Below, piece after piece: positions 52,859 through 63,857 of a stretch of DNA of 64,000 bases. Under the pieces are notes generated by a model. The model was not told the origin of the DNA. It saw nothing but the letters and a program-made list of their open reading frames with translations, and searched no databases. The DNA comes from Thiohalomonas denitrificans. Lineage in GTDB: Bacteria; Pseudomonadota; Gammaproteobacteria; Thiohalomonadales; Thiohalomonadaceae. The position numbers and the translations under genes are program-made. Where the stretch lies: the NCBI GenBank assembly GCA_020725115.1, contig DYFR01000018.1, positions 11,579 through 75,578 of the forward strand, in the 5' to 3' direction. Each line of letters opens with the position of its first letter. The first letter of the stretch is position 1.

Positions 52859-52921
52859 CACGATGCTTCACCCGACCAAAAACCGCTTTGCGGTTTTTGT
52901 CGGGTGAGCTAGGCGTTAGGT
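52853..52921 (+). other. attC site a
   Basis: ACATAAC-acgat-GCTTCACCCGAC...GTCGGGTGAGC-taggc-GTTAGGT. Long imperfect hairpin with two bulged bases. Confidence 0.75.
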
Positions 52922-52940
52922 CTTGCAACAAGGAGTTGTC

Positions 52941-53333
52941 ATGAAAATCAATTCTCTGTCCCCATGCATCACGACCACCAAGGTCGAGGAGTCACGCGAT
53001 TTCTACGTGAAGCACTTTGGTGCAAAGGTCACCTTCGATTGTGGATGGTACGTCAATCTTGAATTTGAAGGAGGCGCTTCCGTTCAGTTCATGGCGCCGC
53101 AAAACGACCAGCCCGCTTGCAATCCGACAGGGCTGATGTACAACTTCAGCGTTTCGGATGTCGATGCCGAGTATCAGTCACTCACCGCATCCGGTCTGGT
53201 TGCCATCATGCCCATTGAAGACCACCCTTGGGGGGATCGTGGTTTTGCCGTTCAAGACCCGAACGGCATCGTTCTATACGTCTATTCTGAGCGTGAGCCA
53301 AGCCCTGAGTTCAAGCAATATTACAAGTCCTGA
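52941..53333 (+). CDS. VOC/glyoxalase-bleomycin-resistance family protein (cassette 2)
   Basis: AGGAG SD. About 130 aa with the paired beta-alpha-beta-beta-beta pattern typical of glyoxalase-fold proteins (weak, by eye). Confidence 0.7.
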   Translation: MKINSLSPCITTTKVEESRDFYVKHFGAKVTFDCGWYVNLEFEGGASVQFMAPQNDQPACNPTGLMYNFSVSDVDAEYQSLTASGLVAIMPIEDHPWGDRGFAVQDPNGIVLYVYSEREPSPEFKQYYKS

Positions 53334-53337
53334 CGCC

Positions 53338-53697
53338 ATGTCCGCCGACCGCATCTCGAAACTGCTCGAAGACATTAGACTTCTCAATCCAGATCGCTTC
53401 GAGCTTGTGCAAGAACTGAGGGAAATCATCCTTGGTTTGGATTCCTCCGTGTCCGAGGAAGTGAAATACGGCGGGTTCTTGTTTTCCGCTGACCAGCCGT
53501 TTTGTGGTGTTTTCTCCTACGCAAAGCACATTTCGTTGGAGTTCGGTGCAGGCGCATCACTTCCAGACAAGTTCAACGTACTGGAAGGTAAGGGAAACAT
53601 ACGCAGGCACATAAAGCTGTTATCGGCGCAGGACATTTCGGAGAAGCACGTTCGTGAGTATCTCGTTTTGGCCCTCAAGGCGTCGGCTAAGCCATGA
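53338..53697 (+). CDS. DUF1801 (YdhG-like) domain protein (cassette 2)
   Basis: 119 aa with the pattern EEVKYGGFLFS...HISLEFGAGA typical of this family. Confidence 0.65.
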   Translation: MSADRISKLLEDIRLLNPDRFELVQELREIILGLDSSVSEEVKYGGFLFSADQPFCGVFSYAKHISLEFGAGASLPDKFNVLEGKGNIRRHIKLLSAQDISEKHVREYLVLALKASAKP

Positions 53698-53698
53698 G

Positions 53699-53773
53699 AC
53701 CTAACCACAGCGTCAACTCGGACGCCCGACTCCGCTGCGCTCCGTCGGGCGCCGGTTACGCTGGCCGTTAGCT
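53699..53773 (+). other. attC site b
   Basis: ACCTAAC-cacag-CGTCAACTCGGACGCCCGAC...GTCGGGCGCCGGTTACG-ctggcc-GTTAGCT. Confidence 0.75.
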
Positions 53774-53789
53774 TAAAAGGAATGGTGGG

Positions 53790-54296
53790 ATGCCATTATC
53801 CGAGATTAGAACTTATCTTATTGAACTTACGAGATGCAGATATAAAGGTCTGTATGAAGAGTTAGAAATAAGATGTGTCGTTATCATTTCGGTGCTGTCA
53901 TTTACATCGTATAAAACAATATATGAGGTATTTGTCGTGAGTTTCGGTTTTTATGTGAATATCGTTCTTCTTGTAACTTCGATTTGGCTTTTATCCATTC
54001 TCTTAGGTATCTCTTTCTTTGAGAAGAAAAAGAAGAAATACATTATTGAATCAGATGGCTTCAAATGGCGAGTAACTAGATATATAAATAACAGCCTTTC
54101 GGTAGATGAAACCCCTTTGTGTGGTAAAGACGAGGTTCCTTTAGTGCATGATGGACAGGTACTTTATTGCCCGAAGTGTAATGAAGTGAAAATGAAATCC
54201 GGTGATCTGCTTAACTTCTTACATAGAGTAAACTCAAAAGCCGAGGCAGATAGGGATAGTTCTATCAAAGTTCCTAAACGTTATATCCCAGCATAG
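53790..54296 (+). CDS. hypothetical membrane protein with C-terminal CxxxC...CPKC zinc-ribbon-like motif (cassette 3)
   Basis: Two hydrophobic helices, a K-rich stop-transfer segment (EKKKKKY), then CGKDE...YCPKC. Confidence 0.6.
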   Translation: MPLSEIRTYLIELTRCRYKGLYEELEIRCVVIISVLSFTSYKTIYEVFVVSFGFYVNIVLLVTSIWLLSILLGISFFEKKKKKYIIESDGFKWRVTRYINNSLSVDETPLCGKDEVPLVHDGQVLYCPKCNEVKMKSGDLLNFLHRVNSKAEADRDSSIKVPKRYIPA

Positions 54297-54298
54297 AA

Positions 54299-54358
54299 AG
54301 CTAACAAATAGATCAAGCTGACGCATAAAAGACTGCGCAGCTTATCAAATCGTTAGCT
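54299..54358 (+). other. attC site c
   Basis: AGCTAAC-aaata-GATCAAGCTGACGCA...TGCGCAGCTTATC-aaatc-GTTAGCT. Two bulged bases. R'' and R' are perfectly complementary. Confidence 0.8.
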
Positions 54359-54372
54359 GCTGAAGGGAAGTC

Positions 54373-54789
54373 ATGAGCATAGAATTTAAAATCAACGCTC
54401 CGGTATCCACCGATCAATTCATCGGCTTGCTTCGTAAATCAACACTTGGAGAGCGCAGACCCATTGAAGATCGTGAGTGCATGGAAGGTATGGTTAAAAA
54501 TAGCAATCTGATGGTTACTGCTTGGCGTGGCGAGGAACTGATAGGCATAGCGCGCTCAATGACGGATTTTCATTATGCCTGTTATCTCTCTGACCTGGCG
54601 GTTCATATGAAATATCAGAGAAGTGGTATAGGAAAGAAACTGCAAGTAAAAACTCAGGAGCAATTAGGCCCGAACTGCAAGTTGATTCTGGTTGCAGCCC
54701 CTACCGCCAACTCATATTACGAACATATTGGTTTTACGAACAATCAAAGGTGTTGGGTTCTTGAACGTGATAAAAATATCAGCAGCTAA
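54373..54789 (+). CDS. GNAT-family N-acetyltransferase (cassette 4)
   Basis: Acetyl-CoA motif QRSGIGKKL. 138 aa. The stop codon lies inside the attC inverse core. Confidence 0.85.
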   Translation: MSIEFKINAPVSTDQFIGLLRKSTLGERRPIEDRECMEGMVKNSNLMVTAWRGEELIGIARSMTDFHYACYLSDLAVHMKYQRSGIGKKLQVKTQEQLGPNCKLILVAAPTANSYYEHIGFTNNQRCWVLERDKNISS

Positions 54790-54846
54790 CGAATAAGGTT
54801 AGATTGTGAGAGCGAAGCGAACCACAATCTGAACCGATTGTTGGAC
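54784..54846 (+). other. attC site d
   Basis: AGCTAAC-gaata-AGGTTAGATTGTG...CACAATCTGAACC-gatt-GTTGGAC. Confidence 0.7.
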
Positions 54847-55056
54847 AAGCCCGGCCCCGGAGTCACTCACACGCTATGAAAATATCTTTTTGAATTTCAC
54901 GGGTTCCATTAGCGCCAAGCTTGAATTCCCGTGTATCTCGTTACCATTGCGATAACGTAATCTGCTGGATTTTTCGATTAACACCCTTATCCGGGCCGAG
55001 CGCTTCTCTCTGCTTATGGAAACAGAACGTCCCGCCAATCGAAGGAGCGGGTGCGA

Positions 55057-55815
55057 TTACATAACCGATGCACCTGCTAAGGCATCGAGCGGGAAACGTC
55101 TCGGAAGCAATACAGGGAGCCGTGTACGCACGATCTTCATTTCGCCACCACAGCAGCGGCAGGTTAGCGGGGGTCGTTTCCTTAACCACGCCGTTGAGCG
55201 AGCCGGATCGAGATTGAGCAGATAGTGCAGCAACTGGATCATCCGTTTGCTGTTGGGATGCAGAAAGCCGAAGTTACGGGCGCGTCGAAATCCCTTCGGC
55301 AAAACATGTTGTAAGAGCAACCAAAGGAAATCCTCGCCGTCCAGGGTGCGCATCTCGCGCTCTTTTGTCTTGCTGTCTTGATAGTGAAAGCTGACCTTGC
55401 CATTGCCACAGGCCACAATATCCTTCTCCTGAAGCACACCCCGATAAAGGTAACGACCGAGATAGACCAGCGCCTTGTCGCCATTGCCGACGTGCTTGCA
55501 GTCCACGACCCAATTTTCGGGATAGTGCTTTGGCAATGCCAGTCCTGCCTGGGTGATCTCATCAAGCATTTTTGCCCGAAACACCTTGGCCAACGCCTTG
55601 TGATTGAAGAGGTAAGGCTTTTTCTTCGTCGTCCTGGTACGCCACAGCCGGCGCTTGGCATCAATGGCGGCAGCGGGGATCGCCAGATGCACATGGGGAT
55701 GAAAATCCAGACGTCGGGAATGGGTATGTAACACCGCAATGGCACCGGGCGTGCCCCGAAGCTGCCGGTCATTGAGACTGAAGGCATGCACCGTCTCCCA
55801 GGCGCACTGCATCAT
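55057..55815 (-). pseudogene. IS91-family (HUH/Y2 rolling-circle) transposase, N-terminally truncated
   Basis: HUH region HTHSRRLDFHPHVH, tyrosine motif YLGRYLYR and C-terminal CRCCGG. The ~130-150 aa N-terminal zinc-binding part is missing. An in-frame stop lies 6 codons upstream of the first Met. Confidence 0.8.
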
Positions 55816-55831
55816 CAGGGCAGGAAACCGG

Positions 55832-55879
55832 GGTCAGAACACAGATATCGCTAATATTAGTAGAATATGTGTTCTGACC
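55832..55879. repeat. 12-bp perfect inverted repeat at the truncation point of the transposase
   Basis: GGTCAGAACACA, 24 AT-rich nt, TGTGTTCTGACC. Confidence 0.55.
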
Positions 55880-55970
55880 GATCCACCGGACGCTGCGCGA
55901 TAAAGCCGCGCAGCGCCGGTGACATCCATGTTCGTGTATTACTTGGTCCATGCATTCCCATCCATTGACA

Positions 55971-56753
55971 ATGCCAAGATTACTCATATCCATTCTTCTT
56001 TTCTGTTTTTCCGTTTTCGCTCGTGCAGAAGATGCGGATATAGCTGTTCTGTTCAGCAAAGTGGGGGTTTCAGGAACCATTTTGATCGAATCATCAAAGA
56101 CTGGTCAGCGTTTTATTCACAACGACGCCCGTTCGAAGCAGGCTTTCGCCGCCGCGTCCACATTTAAGGTGCTTAACACCCTTATAAGTCTTGAGGAAGG
56201 CGTGATAGCTGGAGCCGATTCGACCATTCGATGGGATGGTACTCTTTACGAGCTCGCCGATTGGAATCGCGATCAGACCTTGGAAACTGCATTCAAGGTC
56301 AGTTGCGTGTGGTGCTATCAGGAGTTGGCGCAGAGGGTTGGGGCTGCAAAATACCCTGCTTATATCCGCAGTTCGCACTATGGTGAGTTGCGTGAACCGT
56401 TTGATGGAACGCAATTCTGGTTGGACGGTTCGCTAACTATCAGCGCGGAGCAGCAGGTGGCTTTTCTCAAACAGTTGGTCACGGGCCGCTTGCCATTTCG
56501 TGCGAGTAGTTACGCTACTCTGAAGTCCATCATGCTTACAGATAAAACGCCGTACTATCGGTTGTACGCCAAGACTGGCTGGGCGACTCGTAATGCACCG
56601 GCCGTAGGCTGGTATGCCGGTTATGTGGAAGTCGCCGAAGACATATGGCTGTTCGCACTGAATATTGAAACCCGTAGTGCAGCCGACTTGCCTCTCCGCA
56701 AACAGACTACCCTTGAGGCATTTCGGGTCAAAGGTATTCTGCCGGCGAATTGA
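55971..56753 (+). CDS. class D (OXA-type) beta-lactamase
   Basis: Signal peptide [19 protein letters not shown]. Motifs STFK, SCV (SxV), KTG and FWLDGSL. Confidence 0.85.
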   Translation: MPRLLISILLFCFSVFARAEDADIAVLFSKVGVSGTILIESSKTGQRFIHNDARSKQAFAAASTFKVLNTLISLEEGVIAGADSTIRWDGTLYELADWNRDQTLETAFKVSCVWCYQELAQRVGAAKYPAYIRSSHYGELREPFDGTQFWLDGSLTISAEQQVAFLKQLVTGRLPFRASSYATLKSIMLTDKTPYYRLYAKTGWATRNAPAVGWYAGYVEVAEDIWLFALNIETRSAADLPLRKQTTLEAFRVKGILPAN

Positions 56754-56758
56754 TGCTC

Positions 56759-56791
56759 GAAACCGTGTAATAAGGGATGTATCACGGTTTC
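56759..56791 (+). terminator. hairpin after the beta-lactamase gene
   Basis: GAAACCGTG, 15 nt, CACGGTTTC. Weak U-tract. Confidence 0.35.
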
Positions 56792-56932
56792 TCCCGGACG
56801 ATCATTGTGCATTGGCACGCCCGCTCAGGGTCGAATGCAGCCATCCACCCCGCGCAGCCGCTGTTCCCCATCGATGCCTTGAGGAATAGCACCGCCTGGT
56901 ACATTCTCGCGGCAGTCGGCTATGCTGCCGGT

Positions 56933-57787
56933 ATGTCTCGCTTGCGGAACTACAGACCCATGGGCAATGCCTTGATGACTGTTGCCGGTGCGTATGCGGC
57001 ATTGCTGCTGGTGCTTTATTTCGGCCAGAACAGCCTGCTGTATCTGCCGGACATCCCGTCGCGGGAGCTGGTGGCCAGCCCGGCGGATATCGGCCTGTCC
57101 CACGAAGAGGTGCGACTGGAGACGGCCGACGGGGTGGGGTTGCATGGCTGGTATCTGCCGGCGCCCGCGGCACGCGGGACGCTGCTGTTCTTCCATGGCA
57201 ATGCCGGCAATATCTCGCATCGTCTCGATTCGCTGCGCATCTTTCACCGCCTCGGGCTCAACGTCCTGATCGTCGATTACCGCGGTTATGGCCGCAGCGA
57301 GGGCAAGCCGAGCGAAGAGGGGACGCAACAGGACGCGCTGGCGGCCTGGAACCATCTGGTTACGGTGCGCGGCGAGGCGCCGGAGCGCATCGTGCTGTTC
57401 GGTCGTTCGCTCGGTGCGGCGCTGGCGGCCTGGCTGGCAGCGCGGGAGCGGCCGGGGGCGCTGATCCTGGAGTCGGCCTTCATATCGGTGCCGGAACTGG
57501 CGGGAGAGTTGTACTGGTGGTTGCCGGCCCGGCGGCTTGCTCGTCTGCAGTACGACACCCGGGAATATCTGGCCGGGGTGCAATGCCCGGTGCTGGTGGT
57601 GCACAGCCCGCAGGACGAAATCATTCCCTACCATCACGGCCTGGCGCTGTATCACGCCGCACACACGCCCAAGACCTTGCTGGAGCTGCGTGGCGATCAC
57701 AACACCGGATTTCTGCTGAGTGGCGCGGCCTATGTGCAGGGCATTGATGCCTTTCTTTCCGCTCACCTGTCGCCGGCGGTGCCATGA
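56933..57787 (+). CDS. alpha/beta hydrolase (S33/BAAT-like) with N-terminal membrane anchor
   Basis: HGNAGN and GRSLGAA nucleophile elbow. The track start 56777 lies inside the upstream hairpin, so the ATG at 56933 is preferred. Confidence 0.8.
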   Translation: MSRLRNYRPMGNALMTVAGAYAALLLVLYFGQNSLLYLPDIPSRELVASPADIGLSHEEVRLETADGVGLHGWYLPAPAARGTLLFFHGNAGNISHRLDSLRIFHRLGLNVLIVDYRGYGRSEGKPSEEGTQQDALAAWNHLVTVRGEAPERIVLFGRSLGAALAAWLAARERPGALILESAFISVPELAGELYWWLPARRLARLQYDTREYLAGVQCPVLVVHSPQDEIIPYHHGLALYHAAHTPKTLLELRGDHNTGFLLSGAAYVQGIDAFLSAHLSPAVP

Positions 57788-58536
57788 CCTTGTCGCGGCG
57801 CCAGGTCGGTGGACTGCTGTTATCGCTGGTTGTAGTGCTGACCGCTCTTTTGTTGTGGCTGCCGCCGCTTGCCCAGCCGCTGGAGTATCACCGCTTCGCT
57901 GACGGCCGCGTCTGGCTTGGAGTGCCGAATTTTCTCAACGTGATTTCCAACGCGGCATTTCTGCTGGTCGCCGCGCTGGGATTGCGCACCGTGGCGGTGA
58001 CTGTGGGCGCTGGGGCGGAGCGTTTGCCCTATGGGGTGTTGTTTATCGCCCTGGCGGCGACCGGCATCGGGTCGGCGTATTACCACCTGGCGCCGGACAA
58101 CGACAGCCTGTTCTGGGATCGACTGCCGATGAGCGTGGCCTTCGCCGCTCTGGTTGCTGCGCTGGTCACCGAGCGCTGGAGTTCCCGGGCCGGGCGGTGG
58201 TCGCTGGCGGTGCTGGTTTTTGCCGGAATCGGAACCGTGCTGTGGTGGCGTTACAGCGCCGTTCTCGGCCGGGAGAATATCCTGCCCTATGTTGCCTTTC
58301 AGGGCGGTGCCTTGCTGGCAGCGTTGCTCCTGTTGCTGCTGCCGGCCCGCTACAGTCATGGCGTCTATCTGCTGGCGGGAGTCTTCCTGTATGCCCTCGC
58401 ACTGGCGGCGGAGCTGTTCGACGGTGTCATCTTCTCCTGGGGACAATGGCTGAGTGGGCATACAGTGAAGCATGTGCTGGCGGCGTTGGCGGTGTATCAG
58501 GTGGTGCGCATGCTGCGTTTGCGGCGCAGGGCGTAA
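57784..58536 (+). CDS. 7-TM membrane protein, alkaline-ceramidase-like (weak)
   Basis: The pattern PNFLNVISNAAF...YYHLAPDNDSLFWDRLPM resembles ceramidase-family membrane proteins. ATGA overlap with the hydrolase. Confidence 0.55.
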   Translation: MTLSRRQVGGLLLSLVVVLTALLLWLPPLAQPLEYHRFADGRVWLGVPNFLNVISNAAFLLVAALGLRTVAVTVGAGAERLPYGVLFIALAATGIGSAYYHLAPDNDSLFWDRLPMSVAFAALVAALVTERWSSRAGRWSLAVLVFAGIGTVLWWRYSAVLGRENILPYVAFQGGALLAALLLLLLPARYSHGVYLLAGVFLYALALAAELFDGVIFSWGQWLSGHTVKHVLAALAVYQVVRMLRLRRRA

Positions 58537-58549
58537 ACCCGGTGTCAAA

Positions 58550-58596
58550 CATAGGGCGCCCCATGGGCGCCGAAGCGGCGGGCACGGCCCTATGAC
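58550..58596. repeat. inverted copy of the palindromic core seen at 20391-20443
   Basis: The reverse complement GTCATAGGGCCGTGCCCGCCGCTTCGGCGCCCATGGGGCGCCCTATG aligns with the 20391-20443 core with few differences. Confidence 0.65.
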
Positions 58597-58698
58597 TGCA
58601 GTTTTGTAGGCCTGTGCTGCTGGGAGCGGGCGAAAACATCGGTAATGCCGCGTTTCCCCTCACCAGCCCTCCCCACGGAGTGGGGGTGAAGTTTCAGG

Positions 58699-59705
58699 TC
58701 AAATGCCTACGCCAGGCAGATAGCTGTCCAGCAGTTGCAGGTAGTTGGCGCGGGCGTAGGCCGAGGCATCGCCGGCATGGCGCTGGCTCAATACTCCCTT
58801 CATCTGTTCCAGCGACTCGTACGGGCTTTCCTCCAGCCATTGCTCCATGCCGTGCAGGATATGCGCCAGGCGGCGCGGGCCGTGCAGCAGCAGGGTGCTG
58901 CACAGGTGCACCACGTCGGCACCGGCGAGCAGCATCTTGATGGCGTCGCTGTGGTCGTGCACACCGCCGGTGGCGGCGAGGGTGAGTTTGACGCGGCCGT
59001 GGAGGATCGCTATCCAGCGCATGGCGAGCAGGGCTTCGGCGGAGGTGGACAGGTGCAGTTGCGGCGCGACGCGCAGGCTGTCGATGTCGATGTCCGGCTG
59101 GTAGAAACGGTTGAACAGGCTGACGCCGGCGGCACCGGCCTGTTCCAGCCGGTGCACCATGTTGGCGACCGAGCTGAACTGCGGCGACAGTTTCATGGCG
59201 ATGGGAATGGTGACGTGGCGGCGCAGTTCGCCGAGCAGGTCGATATAGCGTTGTTCCACTGCGGCGCCGCTGACATCGAGGTCGCCGGCGACGTAATACA
59301 CATTCAACTCCAGCGCATCGGCACCGGCCTGTTGCAGGGCGGTGCCGTAGTCGATCCAGCCGCCGGCAGTGACGCCGTTGAGGCTGGCGACGATGGGAAT
59401 ATCCAGGCTGCGTTTCAGGTGTTGCAACTGTTCCAGGTAGCGCTCCCGCTTGGAGGGCATGTCGCCATGCAGCGGCAGGAAGCTGCTGGCCTCGGCATGG
59501 CCCAGGCTCTGGTTTTGCAGGTAGGCGTCCATCACATCGTTGTCATGCTGCAGTTCTTCTTCGAACAGCGAATACATGACCAGCGCCGCGGCGCCGGCAT
59601 CCTCCAGCCGCCTGGCCGTGTCGAGACTGCGCGACAGCGGCGAGGCGGAGGGCACCAGCGGGTTTTTCAGTTCCAGGCCGAGATAGGTGGTACGCAGGTT
59701 CATGA

Positions 59706-59709
<4 letters not shown>
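58699..59709 (-). CDS. dihydroorotate dehydrogenase-like (class 1 DHOD/PreA-type) flavoprotein
   Basis: TIM-barrel DHOD-like pattern (LKNPLVPSASPLS, NVYY, LAATGG). ATGA overlap with the PFOR stop. Confidence 0.8.
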
Positions 59710-63305
<3,596 letters not shown>

Positions 63306-63386
63306 CGTGTCCTCCCGTTGTTGTGCAGGCCGTTGTGTCCGGCCCTGCGTCCAAGCATAGCCTATTCCATGGGCCCGATGACAAAG

Positions 63387-63409
63387 CCCCTCTCCCTCAG
63401 GGAGAGGGG
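63387..63409. repeat. GC-rich palindrome CCCCTCTCCCTCAGGGAGAGGGG
   Basis: Read directly. It overlaps the stop codon of the DUF559 ORF. Confidence 0.8.
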
Positions 63410-63753
63410 TTGGGGAGCGGGGATGAAATCAACTCTTGATGTATGCGTTCAAGTACGGCTTGAGTTTCCGTCAATATCTCGTGGTTCCAGAAGCGGAGAA
63501 CACGATAGCCCATGGCTTCGAGGCAGGCCGTCCTTTCCTGATCTTCTTCTGCACGGAGCTCATGCTGACCACCATCAGCTTCGATAATCAGTTTGGCCTC
63601 GATGCAGGCGAAGTCGACGATATAGGGCGCCGGCTCTATTACGAGTTGGCGCTTGAATTTATGGCCACCCATACGATGAGCCCTTAGATGCTGCCAGAGT
63701 ACACGTTCGGCATCGGTCATGTGCTGGCGCATTGAGCGGGCTAGCTGTTTCAT
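63397..63753 (-). CDS. DUF559 (Vsr-like endonuclease fold) protein
   Basis: The pattern RQHMTDAERVLWQHLR...FKRQ...YIVDFAC...LIIEADGGQH...D..R...LE..GYRVLRFWNHEI is typical of DUF559. Confidence 0.8.
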   Translation of the reverse strand: MKQLARSMRQHMTDAERVLWQHLRAHRMGGHKFKRQLVIEPAPYIVDFACIEAKLIIEADGGQHELRAEEDQERTACLEAMGYRVLRFWNHEILTETQAVLERIHQELISSPLPNPSP

Positions 63754-63772
63754 TTGATCCCCTCTCCCTGGC

Positions 63773-63793
63773 CCTCTCCCTGAGGGAGAGGGA
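63773..63793. repeat. GC-rich palindrome CCCTCTCCCTGAGGGAGAGGG
   Basis: Read directly. It is preceded by a partial copy at 63759-63771. Confidence 0.8.
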
Positions 63794-63857
63794 ATGGCTC
63801 ATGAAATGTCTTCCAACATCTTGATGTATTCGGCGCTTCGCTGAGCGAAAGCCTTCT

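Larger units (their letters stand above)
50768..54846 (+). mobile_element. integron-type gene-cassette array (four cassettes, no integrase in window; CALIN-like)
   Basis: Four attC-like sites. In 4/4 cassettes the opening hexamer is complementary to the closing inverse core. ORFs are co-oriented and the DNA is AT-richer than the flanks. Confidence 0.75.

Noticed and set aside
52865-52909. Hairpins after cassette ORFs interpreted simply as rho-independent terminators
   Set aside because: They lack U-tracts. They are framed by RYYYAAC/GTTRRRY motifs that obey the cassette complementarity rule, so attC is the better explanation. They may still terminate transcription.
56759-56791. Hairpin after the OXA gene as a fifth attC (the beta-lactamase as a cassette)
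   Set aside because: It has no inverse-core or core motifs, and the OXA gene is separated from the array by the IS91 remnant.
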